Below, piece after piece: positions 12,217-22,128 of a DNA stretch of 32,000 bases. The notes under the pieces were generated by a model. It saw only the letters and a list, made by a program, of their open reading frames with translations, made no database searches and had not been told where the DNA came from. The stretch comes from Candidatus Saccharimonadota bacterium (GTDB lineage: Bacteria; Patescibacteriota; Gracilibacteria; BD1-5; UBA2023), in the NCBI GenBank assembly GCA_042852035.1, contig BAAFHK010000003.1:224473-256472 (forward strand), given 5' to 3'. Numbering within the stretch: position 1 is the first letter of the stretch; every line of letters begins with the position of its first letter. A program made the position numbers and the translations under genes.

Positions 12217-12230
12217 GGAGATTTTTTTGA
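12212..12230. repeat. att-like core copy B (AGGGGGGAGATTTTTTTGA), internal attP-like junction
   Basis: Identical to copy A over 19 nt. Its left flank AAGTCTAAAAATTACA resembles the left flank of copy C, AACTCTAAAAAAATAGA. Confidence 0.55.
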
Positions 12231-12276
12231 CTAAAGGAAGAAAAAGATATACTTGATATTAATTAATGTAATTATT

Positions 12277-13311
12277 ATGACTAGATTAATAGATGGGGTA
12301 AGGGAGGCAGGATTGGAACAAGGAACAGATGGAAGAGTAAGCAAAGAAAAAGTAAATGAGATGTTAGAGTTTTTTAGTAAAGCATTTTGAGAAGATGCTA
12401 TATTATCTGTATGAGGATTTGATAAGAAATTAGTTGATGCTGTTAAAGAAAATGACAATATCATTAAAAGATTATTACAATCAGAATTAGAAAGAAATTG
12501 TAGATATGAAATGAATATAAGCACTTCTAATGTTAAAGAAGTTATTGAGTGGATTGATATTATCAATAACAACCAAGAAAAAAATGGTTGAATTATCTGA
12601 AAACAATTTAGATTTACTGCTAGTATTATTGAGGCATTACTTGCATTTTTAAAACTCTATCAATCTGCAAATATTGTTAATCAAAATGAAAATGGAAGAG
12701 AAAAAGAAATAATTCTGGTTTTGATTGTTAAGACTTTAAGGTATGCAATAGGTTCTGGAAAGAATGGTTTTACAGGAATAAAGTCTGATTTATTTTCAAA
12801 GTTTGAAGAAGTATTGCATAGGATTTTTGATGATGCTGATATTGAAACAGATGAGAAAACACAACTTATTTTTCAGTGAAGTGCAGGATCTTATGGAAAT
12901 GCACCAAAAAATAATGTATGGATAGAAGATTTTATTAGATCTGTTTCAGGAGATGGCTGAAATGTATTAGTTCATTTTTTAAAAAAATCACAACTCAATA
13001 AAACAGAGTTATTATTATATACTGATAAAAATATTGTAGAAGTTATCATTGAATATTGAAATAACTTTATATTTATTCTTACAAATAGTAGAGAATGGAA
13101 AAAGGAGGCAGTTTTACTTTATAAAACTACTGAAAATATCTTGCAGGATCAAGTTAATAGATGATGAATTGAAAAAATTATTAATCTATTTCTTCAATGA
13201 GGTTTACCAGTTGAAAAGAATGATAATCTAAAAGTTATTAGTAGAAATGATATTTTAGATAGAAAGTTTATTGCAGAAGAAGACTTTGGTAAAATTATTC
13301 AAATTTCTTAA
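12277..13311 (+). CDS. Hypothetical protein (344 aa)
   Basis: Code-25 ORF from ATG 12277 to TAA 13309-13311, with about 12 in-frame TGA codons. No family recognised. Confidence 0.5.
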
Positions 13312-13350
13312 TTTCCTTTTATTAAGGTGGGTATGGGTATTTTTTAAATT

Positions 13351-14904
13351 ATGGACTTACAAAAAAAGATTACAGACACTCTGGATTTACAAATAAATGC
13401 TGATGATATTTTATATTCAAATATTGATAAGTTAGGCTTTTATTTTAAGTCATCAGAACTATTCTGATATTTTAAATCAAAAGATCCATTTCCAGATAAA
13501 GAAGAAGTTATTACTATCTGAGATACAAAGTATAATTTTCTAGTTTATCTTTCAGATAAAGACTTGAATGGATATGATAAAAAACTATGACTAAAAATAG
13601 AATATAGAGGGGAATATTATGAGGTTATAGATATTCTATTTAACATAAAAGAAAGTAGATATTTATGTGTTTTTCATGGAAAGTTGTGGAGGTTTTCAAC
13701 TCTAAAAGAGTTTGGATTTTCAAATCAAATATTAATTGAATTTATATCAAAAAACTTTACAGAGATACAATTAAGAGAAATTCATATTTGTTTAGATGTA
13801 GAAGAGAAAGAAGATTATCTAACTAGGATTAATGAATATATTAAAAACTATGTTCCAAAGGTATTCAATAAAGATACCTACAATTTTAGTAGTTGAAATT
13901 TATGAAGACAAATTGAAATAGGTTTGCCAGACAGAAAGAATAATAAAGAGTTTTTTTATAAAATTTATAATAAGACTTTACAGGCTAGGAAGATGTGAAT
14001 TGATAAAATATATGTTGATTATTGTTTATCTACTGAAAAGAATGTGTTTAGATATGAAATAGAGTTTAGACAAAATATAGCAAAAACCATTAAATTAGAA
14101 GACTTAAAGTTAATCTGACCTATACTAGAAAATAAGAAACAGATGCATGCAGGGAAGTATATTTTGAATGAATGGATTTGTAGAACTCTTATTTCATATT
14201 TTGTAGACAAACAAAAATTTGATTTTGTGTTTTGACAACTCAATATTGAGAATGTGAAACTTAAAAGGTCTGAAAATAGAGCCACAGGTTCAGTTGGCAA
14301 AAGAATAAGTGATTTAAACCTGATAGGACAGCTAAAATCTTTAAGAACCCAAGCAAAGAATATAGAAAGCACTACTTGAATACCCTTGAAGAACAACTTT
14401 GATAAGTTAGATGAAATTATAGGAGAAAGTCAGGATTACAGATATTATATCACTATTTATAGAGGAATTTTCAGGACAATAAAAAACCATTATGAAGAAA
14501 ATGAGGTAAAGGATTTTGATGAACTTTCTGAATTGATAAAGGGGGCTACTACCTATGCACTCAATTTTCTAAAAACTGATTATAACAACTTCTTTAAGAT
14601 TATAAGATGATGAATTAATAGGAATGCTGATAGTGTAATAGAGTTTCTTGCAGATAATGAAAACTCTTTAAGTGAATTGATTTATTTTTATTACTTTTGA
14701 AGATTAAGAGAATGAATATTGTTTGATTTCCTAGATGTTCTAAAAGAATGAAATATGCCATTATTTCAAAAATATTTTGAAGATGATAAGAAGTTAAGAG
14801 AGAGTATTGCAAATAAACAAAAATCAATAAGTATGCTGAATGATGATAGTAATTTATCCTTTGATGATTACTCAAAGTCAGTTTTTAATATATTTTATAA
14901 ATAA
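13351..14904 (+). CDS. Putative replication initiator (Rep_trans / phage CRI-like)
   Basis: 517-aa code-25 ORF. LREIHICLDV and FRYEIEFR resemble the RxDxAxD and RxExE(F)R strands of rolling-circle or phage gene II-type initiators as I recall them. Confidence 0.4.
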
Positions 14905-14915
14905 TCTCATTTTCT

Positions 14916-16814
14916 ATGGAACAATCAAAGAAAAAAAGAGTAGGAATATACATTAGAGTTTCTACATTAGACCAAGCAAAAAAAGGAACTTCTCTTGAAG
15001 ATCAAGAGCAGAGTTTAAAATTATATATACAAGCAAACTCAATAGATGGTTGGGAACTTGCTGAAAATGGAGTTTACAGAGATGATGGAATTAGTGGTTT
15101 TAAGGGTATAGCAGATAGACCTGAATTTGATAGATTAATGAATGATGTGAATGACAAAAGATTAGATATTGTTTTGGTATATAGAATAGATAGACTAGCA
15201 AGAAATACAGAATTACTGCTGAATACTGTTAAGAAATTTAAAGTAAAGTGAGTGCAGTTTGTGAGTATGAGTGATAGAATTGATACAGATACAGCAAGTG
15301 GGAAGATGCTACTTGCTATACTAGGTGCTATGGCTGAAATGGAAAGGAACTTGATTTATGAAAGGACATATGCTTGAAAGATTAGAAAATTAAGTATGGG
15401 TTATGCTTCCTGATGATGATTTGATTTACCACTTGGTTATAAAAAATGAGAAGATGGGAAGATAATGATTGATGAGCCATATAAAGAGTTAATCCAAGAG
15501 ATTTTTGATCTTTGTACTGGGGAGAAGCACTTTACACCAAAAGAAATTGCTGCTGAATTATCATCAAGGGAAGAAACTACTTGGTGGGATAAAAAAATGG
15601 CAAAACTTAAAAAGAAACAAGTTAAAACAGGTGTCTGGAATGCAGATACAGTAAGAAAGATACTTCTCAATCCTATTTATAAATGAGTATACTATTTTTG
15701 AAAAACAAGAAAAGTGCTTGCAGATAATGAAGAAGATGAAATTACTGTAAAAGTTCCAGAAGAAGAATGGCTACCAGTTCCTATGCCTTGTGGTTGAATT
15801 ATTACAGAGAAACAATGGGAAGATGCTAAATATCAAATTCAAAAGATTAATAAAATTAATAGAGGAAGATGAAGAAGCCATATCTTTACAGGTCTAATTA
15901 AGTGTGGGTTTGACTGAATGAGTTATATTTGTTATAGGTCAAAACAGAAGAAAGTTGAATACTTTTATTATAGATGTGGTGGAACAAATGCGTCTAAAAA
16001 TGAGAATAAAAGAAAAGATACTGATGTAGGAAATATTGATATGCCTTTGTGTAATAATCTACAAGTTCCTGAATTAGAACTTTATAACTACTGTATTGAT
16101 ATTATTACAAGGTTCATAGAAGAACCAGAAGCACTATATAAACAAAAAATAGGGAATGATGAGGAGTTTAAGAAACAAAAAAAGATCCTTGAAACAAAAA
16201 TAGAGGAAGATAAGTTAAAAATTAAAGAACTTGAAGTTACTATAACATCATTGTATTATCAGAAATCAAAAGATAAAATAAATGCTGATAACATACAAAA
16301 TGTGCTTGATACATACACACAAGATAAAGAAGCAGCATTGAAAAGACTTGAAAATAATGAAAAAGATTTGCTAAATTCAGAAAATCAGTTAAATTCTGGC
16401 AAGCAAATGAAACAGTTTGCTGAGACTTACAAAGATAAACTTGCAAATCTTACAGAGGAACAAGGAACAGAACTTATTAGGTTGTTAGTTGATAGGATTG
16501 AAGTTAAAGGAACGTTAATTACAGTATTCTTTAAGTTCAAACCACACCCAGAGAGTTTTACACATAGTCAAACTCTAAAAAAAAACTCTAAAAAAATAGA
16601 GGGGGGAGATTTTACAACAAGTTCTACACCAAACAAGCAGTCTCTCCAACATATATGCAGCCGTAGTTCAGTTGGATTAGAACGCCTCCCTGCGAAGGAG
16701 GAGGTCACAGGTTCGAGCCCTGCTGGTTGCACCATTTCAACTCATAGAAGACTCTTCAGTACCATTTTTTGGCTCTGGGGAGCTTTTTTTAGGTTCGTAC
16801 TCATCTATACTTAA
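14916..16814 (+). CDS. Large serine recombinase LSR-A. The integrated-state ORF has no stop before the att core and runs through tRNA-Arg
   Basis: VGIYIRVSTLDQ (catalytic Ser), YRIDRLARN, recombinase domain, Zn ribbon CGFD-G-...YYRCGG, long coiled coil. The first code-25 stop is TAA at 16812-16814. The native end is probably just after core C (about 16613). Confidence 0.85.
16600..16613. repeat. att-like core copy C (AGGGGGGAGATTTT), putative attR of element A, inside the LSR-A ORF
   Basis: 14-nt identity with copies A and B, 44 nt upstream of tRNA-Arg. Confidence 0.55.
16657..16734 (+). tRNA. tRNA-Arg (anticodon GCG as folded by hand), CCA encoded
   Basis: Acceptor GCAGCCG/TGGTTGC, D arm GTTC..GAAC, anticodon stem CCTCC/GGAGG with loop CTGCGAA, T loop TTCGAGC, discriminator A, CCA. 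Confidence 0.7.
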
Positions 16815-18356
16815 TCAAACCTTGGAAGGTTGGAACCGATAGTTAATTGCTATTACTGGTCTTAAGTTCTCACGTGTAACCACTATATCTCTCACAAGAA
16901 TATTGATAATTTGCTTTTTTTGAGAAAAGGAGAGATTCTCAATTTTTGTCTCGATTGTTTTAGAAAATTCCTCAAGAGAGATTTTCATCTCTTCAGCTTG
17001 TACTATCCCATCAAGCTTCTCATCGAGATCCTGTATCTGTTTTTCACAAGCTTCTCTATCCTGAGATATTTTTGCAAGGACTTTTTCATATTTCTCTTCG
17101 GAGAGCATACCTTTCCTGTAATCTAATTCAGTTGATAGATCAGCATCTTCGAGCCTTTCAAGTTCTATCTGACGACGTTCACGCTCTTTAGTATATGTGT
17201 CGTAATCTCTACTGTCGACAGATTGCTTACGGAAGATATCATATAATTCCTGAGGTCTTTTAATAAAAGTCTCAATATGTTCCCATACCAATTCCTCTAG
17301 ACTCAATCAAGGAATATCAAAGTTTTTGTAATACTTTCCTCGGATAGTTCGAGCTGGACGACGGTAACTTATTCCACCTTTTGTTCGACTCACTCATACA
17401 AATTTCCGACCAGTTTCAAGATCGGTTACTTTTCTGGAGAGCAAATATTCTACGTTTCCACCTCATCTGACAGGATCCTCCTCACTCTCTTTGATGAGAT
17501 TTTTTGCAAGCTCGAAGGTGAGATCGTCTATAATCCTTGGCACCTCGATCGGTACTTGTGTCTCATATCACTTCTCGTCCTTGCTCTTGTACACAGCTCT
17601 CCCAGTATAAGCACCTCTTTCGAGAATATTTCTAATATCAGTATGATACCAAATTTTAGCTTTATTTTCTCTCGTATTCCCCTTTCCCTTATCGACCTTG
17701 TTTTCTGTAAGGATATTAGCGATTTCTTGATAGGTTTTCCCAGATAAGAATTCTGAGAAAATTCTCTTCACCCAAATTGCTTCTTCTGGAATAACAATTA
17801 ATGATCTTCATTCACGCTTATCACTTTTATCCTTAATATAACCAAATGGAGTCGTACTTAGTACATAATTCCCTAACCTTGCAGAGGCAAGCTTTCATTC
17901 TTTCGTTCTTGTCTTTATAGTTTCCCTCTCAAATTCTGCTAAAGCTCAAAATATCTGAAATGTAAGTTTACCGATGGGACCAGTAAAATCTATATTCTCT
18001 TTCAGAGAGAAAAATCAAACCTTATTTTTTTGTAAGATTTCAAATGTTGATAGAAGATGGGAGAGGTTCCGAGATAGTCTATCTATTTTCCACACAGCAA
18101 CCATATCAAACTTCCCAAGCATAGCGTCTTCTATCATTTTTTTATACTGAGGTCTATTCAGATCAGCACCAGTCTTTCCTAGGTCCTGATACACCCATTC
18201 TGGATTATGTATCCAGTTATTGTGTTTTCCTCGAAAAACAATCATTTCCTGTAATCACTGAAGTTGCATTTCTGGTCAATAGCCATTCTTTTGTTCTTCA
18301 GTCGATACACGGATATAAAATGCAACTCGATGGGGTTTATCACTAATTGTAAGCAT
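16677..18356 (-). CDS. Large serine recombinase LSR-B. Code-25 reading continues past TGA at 16817-16815 into the antisense of tRNA-Arg
   Basis: VAFYIRVSTEEQ, WKIDRLSRN, G-ALAEFERETI, coiled-coil C-terminus. Internal TGA codons sit at conserved Gly positions. Under code 25 the first stop is TAA at 16679-16677. The homology-like end (…INYRFQPSKV) is at 16818. Confidence 0.8.
16752..16797. repeat. Direct repeat, left copy (putative attL of element B)
   Basis: TGGCTCTGGGGAGCTTTTTTTAGGTTCG (16770-16797) matches 23347-23374 at 27 of 28 nt. The upstream CTCTTCAGT is also shared. Contains a weak GCTC/GAGC hairpin plus a T7 run. Confidence 0.65.
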
Positions 18357-18381
18357 ATAAACATAGTTAATGTATGCTTAC
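18349..18381. promoter_or_regulatory. 9-bp inverted repeat spanning the LSR-B start codon (possible operator)
   Basis: GTAAGCATA (18349-18357) and TATGCTTAC (18373-18381). The ATG is at 18356-18354. Confidence 0.3.
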
Positions 18382-18459
18382 ATAATATTTTTCATTAAGG
18401 AAAAGTAAAGAAAATATCTATCAGAAGATTAATAAAAATAGACTATACCAAGATATAAT

Positions 18460-18805
18460 CTACTTTCCCAAAATGCAATCAAGTATTCTATGGTCAATAA
18501 TATCCGCTTCTAACTTAGATGGACTATCGAAATTAGCAATTACAGTAATAGGCACTCTCCGCTTTCATTGAGGTGGTATTTTTCAGATTATGATTGAATT
18601 ATTTTGCTTTTCCATCTAAGGAGTAACGTTCAGATTATTGTCAAAGTTACCCCCCAGTAACAATAAAATCGTAATCTTTTTTCAGTGGTTGTACAATTTG
18701 TACCACTCAGATATCGTATTTCTCCTGATCTAGATCAGCAAATATATTTTTTGAAATTACATATCTCTGATACAAATACTTATTCAATATAAGTTTGCCA
18801 ATATG
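18460..18805 (-). pseudogene. Possible decayed gene, broken at a G6 run and by an in-frame TAG
   Basis: Minus-strand reading ...KNIFADLDQEKYDIGVVQIVQPLKKDYDFIVTGG stops at the GGGGGG run (18650-18655). A 1-nt shift continues as NFDNNLNVTP, then TAG, then MEKQNNSIIIGKIPPQGKRRVPITVIANFDSPSKLEADIIDHRILDCILGK. Confidence 0.25.
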
Positions 18806-18829
18806 CTAATTATTTATATGATACAGAGG

Positions 18830-19022
18830 CTAAAATGTATCCGTAATCTATAACCTGCGAAAAAGAAAAGGGCAACTTATTGTTGTCCCCCTTTTCACTT
18901 CTTCGGAGGTTGTAAGGATACGTTTTAGCGAACACTGGACACTTAGGTTGCCCTTTTGTTTGCTAAAACGTTCCACCCATTCCCAAAGATACTTTTAGCG
19001 TTATATTTTTATAACGCTTTTT
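18830..19022 (+). promoter_or_regulatory. Structured leader with mutually exclusive helices, ending in a terminator 3 nt before an ATG (attenuator or riboswitch-like)
   Basis: Helix 18830-18842:18916-28 (13 bp). Helix 18921-34:18957-70 (14 bp), which shares CGTTTTAG with the first. GCTAAAA (18962-68) can also pair with TTTTAGC (18993-99). Terminator AGCGTTAT/ATAACGCT (18997-19018) plus a T run. Confidence 0.5.
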
Positions 19023-19024
19023 CT

Positions 19025-19345
19025 ATGGAAAAATCCGATAAATTAGGTTGATATCTCTTCTGGATATTACTTGGTGTTATTCTTATATCACTTAACTGGG
19101 ACCGTATAAAAAGCTTACAATCTGAAACGTGGCAAGGATTTTTTTATCCCAGAGGTTGTCTGTGGTGTCAGAGTGAGTATATCTATAGTCGTCCTTATAA
19201 ATCCCGTGAAGAGTGTCTTGCTTGGTGATCTCAACTCAAAGCACAGAGGAATATTCCAGAAGATAAATTCGAGTGTTGAAAGAATTGTAAGCCACCCAAC
19301 ACAAAGGATTGACTCTATGTATGTGAGAGTACCGTAGATTATTAA
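19025..19345 (+). CDS. Small membrane-anchored Cys-rich protein (106 aa)
   Basis: Code-25 ORF from ATG 19025 to TAA 19343-19345. TM-like YLFWILLGVILISL followed by eight Cys residues. Confidence 0.45.
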
Positions 19346-19360
19346 ATAACCTTATAAGAT

Positions 19361-19666
19361 ATGTTAAATCCATCAGACCCCCACTATATAGAACATAATA
19401 AGAGACTCCGAGAAGCTGAAAAAGCCTGAAATGTCCAATACCTCACAAATCCATCAGAAATAGATATACGAATAGCAGATTGGGAAGACCAATTTCTCAA
19501 GGATTTCCCAGAGTTAAACTTTTTAGATAATCGGGAGGCTATGCTTCTGAAGTTTCGGGAAGTGGCTCAATATGATCCTTTATCATCTCAAGGCAAGGAT
19601 CGATTTATCGAAGAACACTGATTTCTTCCCGAGCAGATTTTCTCTTCAGATATGGAGTCCCAGTAA
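19361..19666 (+). CDS. Hypothetical protein (101 aa under code 25; 86 aa if the TGA at 19619 terminated)
   Basis: ATG 19361. In-frame TGA at 19619-19621, TAA at 19664-19666. The code-25 tail overlaps the convergent gene by 62 nt. Confidence 0.4.
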
Positions 19667-20117
19667 TACTGCCGTATTCTCCAGATTCAAGGACTTTAGC
19701 CTTCTTTTCAATAGATTTTAGTATCTCAAAAGCTCTCTTGGGACTAATATCGAGAATGATATTTTGAGGACCATTATTGATAGTTACTTTATCTTTGTCT
19801 ATACGCCACTCTGGATCTGTATGCTTCAAAAATTGGAGAGAGACTTGTATATCTCCTTCAGCAAGTGCTTTATTGATATTTTGTTTTGCGAGAAGGCGAG
19901 AATAGACTCATTTTGTGTTGCGAATTTCCTCTCGAAACTCTGGATTTTTATCCAGAAAACGGTAAAAGGCAGATACCGAGAAACCGCAAGCAAAAGAGGA
20001 TTCTTCGATTGTATGTCATAGTGAAATATACTCCTTGAATTTCGAGAGATTAGAAGGAGTTATTTTTGAGGGTCTGCCAATTTTATTATGTGTTTTAGTT
20101 GTATAGATCTTGGGCAT
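19605..20117 (-). CDS. Phage terminase small subunit-like HTH protein
   Basis: 170-aa code-25 ORF. The N-terminus GRPSKITPSNLSKFKEYISL-G-HTIEESSFACGFSVSAFYRFLDKNPEFREEI matches the GRPxKYxP...G.T...A...vS..T...W....peF pattern of small terminase or HTH_23-type proteins, from memory. Confidence 0.5.
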
Positions 20118-20140
20118 AGTCAGATTATCTTATTAAAAGT

Positions 20141-21169
20141 CTATGTTACTATTCTAAAATTAAAATTCACAGCATCTATGGAGTAAATAGTGATATCCTC
20201 ACATCTTACCTTATTGTCACGAAACAAAGCTATATTATATCACTGTGGATTCAAAGAACTATCGTATATTAAACCATCATATCATCACAAAACTTTTAAA
20301 AATTCAGCAATATATTGCGTTGGGAGATAATCTAACTCTTTGTCATCTTTTAGATTTGGCTTTGAAAACTCATTACTCATTCTTGAAATGAAGTGAATAT
20401 AAGGATAATAGTCTTCTATTTTTTCCCTCTCTGAAAGACGCATAAAATCAATAGAATCTTTCCTCAGATCAACTAAAATCAAATCCTCTAGTACTATGAA
20501 TTTCCCAGTGCATATTTGATCATAATGGGAGGCTCTAGTTTCATAGAATGTAGTAACAACATCACCTGATAGATATAAATAGGGTATTCCTATTGGGTTA
20601 ATTCTTCAGCCTTTAGAGGATACTTTATTTATAGGAGGCATACCCAAATCTTGGATATTATATAAATTTCAAGATCTACTAATCCTGCTTCTATACAATA
20701 AGTTATCAGCATCAATGGTAGTAGTGTGATAGTTTATTAAAATATATTCTATCTCTTCTAAATCTAACGCATTTGTTATATGGAATCGATTAGTATTTTT
20801 TAATTCATTGGTAAAGTTATCCCATCATTTAGTTAGGTGTATTTTTTGAGATGGAACTAATTTAGCATTGTCAAAAATTGGATATTTATGGGTGATAAAT
20901 ATGTCACTAAGTAATCTATTACTGCCTCATCAGGGATTAAAAATGCTTCAAAATTCTCAAAGTATAGAATCTATAGTTCAGATTGAACTCTCAATATCTT
21001 CAATATGTAGTTTTGAAAGACCCTCAAACATATGACCAAAGTCCACATCGCTAATATCACAAACGTGAACATTATTACTCTCGCAATAATCACACTCACC
21101 CTGTTGATTTAAAGAGCTAATGTACGCTTTAACATATGGACTATTGAAACAATTTTTACAACAAAGCAT
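20141..21169 (-). CDS. RES domain protein with N-terminal Cys-rich (Zn-ribbon-like) domain; predicted NAD-targeting toxin or effector
   Basis: 342-aa code-25 ORF. CCKNCF...CDYCES at the N-terminus. RES signature GGRINPIGIPYLYLSGDVVTTFYETR and C-terminal G-G-YDGLIYDSSLNPQ-G-YNIALF. The start lies 3 nt after the stop of the upstream gene. Confidence 0.75.
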
Positions 21170-21172
21170 ATA

Positions 21173-22126
21173 CTATACTAAACTAACCATTAATTCTATA
21201 TGATTCATAATCGCAAGCTTCTTTATAGAACCAAGTCAAGGGAAGTGACCAGTATTGTATAAATCTATAAATTCTTTAATGCCTTGTGTTTCAATTCCAG
21301 TATTCTTGGACCATTCTACTAATTTTGAGTTTGCCTCATTAAATTTTCAGGCAACATCAGATCTATCTCAATTTGAATCTGAAACAAAATGCCTTACCAT
21401 TACTTTCCCCGAAGTATCTTTATACGAAATATGTATAGCTACTGCAAAAGGCATAAATCCAGCTTCTGAATAGTTATCTCAAATGGTAGCAAAATCTCAA
21501 AATCCGACAAATTGTTCCGTCTTATAAAATAGATGCTCTTCGGTAAAAGCACTTGATTTGTCTTTATAATCAGAGTTCCTATTTTGTGATTCGAAATAAT
21601 CTGCTAGTGAAACCCTGGAAGATTCTATAAACTCTCTATAATAACGACGATTGCTGTTTGTTTTATCGAAATTAATTACGTTATATTTAATTTTTGCAAT
21701 CGAACTAAGATCATCTTGAAGTGACTTAATATTATCAGCATCTAAAACACTATTATGAATTAAGGATAACCCGCTTCAAACAGGTCCAGTTGTCACTAAA
21801 CAGCCTTTAATTTCGCTTGCTTTTAGAAAGTAGTTATCGTTTATGATAAGTCATATTTGAAAATTACTATAATCTCATAGCTCGGTAGTAACTAACTCCA
21901 TTATTTGTTCATACTTATCTTGAGCATCGCCATATTCAGGATTTAGAACAATAGTAAAATTAACGTTACTCTCTTTGAGTTTCCGTAGAGTTATATCAAA
22001 TGTTGTCGAAAACTTAACGGGCTCAATTATTGGTGAAACCTTTTCATTATTCAGGGCTAAAAAAGAGCTCATATCTCTAAGTGCCATTAATTCGAATTGC
22101 TTTCATCTTAGATACGGAAAATACAT
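21173..22126 (-). CDS. T4 Beta-protein / sce7725-like family protein (function unknown)
   Basis: 317-aa code-25 ORF. The N-terminus MYFPYLR-G-KQFELMALRDM and FVGF-G-DFATI-G-DNYS match my recollection of that family. 2-nt gap to the upstream gene. Confidence 0.45.
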
Positions 22127-22128
22127 AT

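Larger units (their letters stand above)
2383..16613. mobile_element. Integrated element A (about 14.2 kb; composite or tandem) between tRNA-Cys and tRNA-Arg
   Basis: Bounded by copies A and C of the AGGGGGGAGATTTT core with a third copy inside. Visibly more AT-rich than the flanks. Encodes a large serine recombinase at the right end plus R-M, mobilisation and replication genes. Confidence 0.6.
12212..16613. mobile_element. Sub-element A2 (about 4.4 kb): hypothetical gene, Rep-like gene and large serine recombinase between core copies B and C
   Basis: Three co-oriented genes bounded by two core copies. Joining C-left to B-right restores a stop codon for the recombinase. Confidence 0.5.

Noticed and set aside
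12231-12572. 113-aa minus-strand ORF. The same applies to 4995-5204, 6601-6831, 14019-14396, 14615-14875, 15437-15670, 16240-16446, 16911-17126, 17556-17747, 19764-20021, 21255-21473 and 24111-24293
   Set aside because: These are antisense or off-frame shadows of much longer code-25 genes with recognisable motifs on the other strand or frame. Their low-complexity Leu/Ile/Ser/Phe content is typical of AT-rich antisense ORFs.
16657-16734. Treating the tRNA-Arg region as genuinely protein-coding because both recombinase ORFs cover it
   Set aside because: The cloverleaf is intact with encoded CCA. The overlaps are better explained by loss of stop codons at the integration junctions combined with the UGA reassignment.
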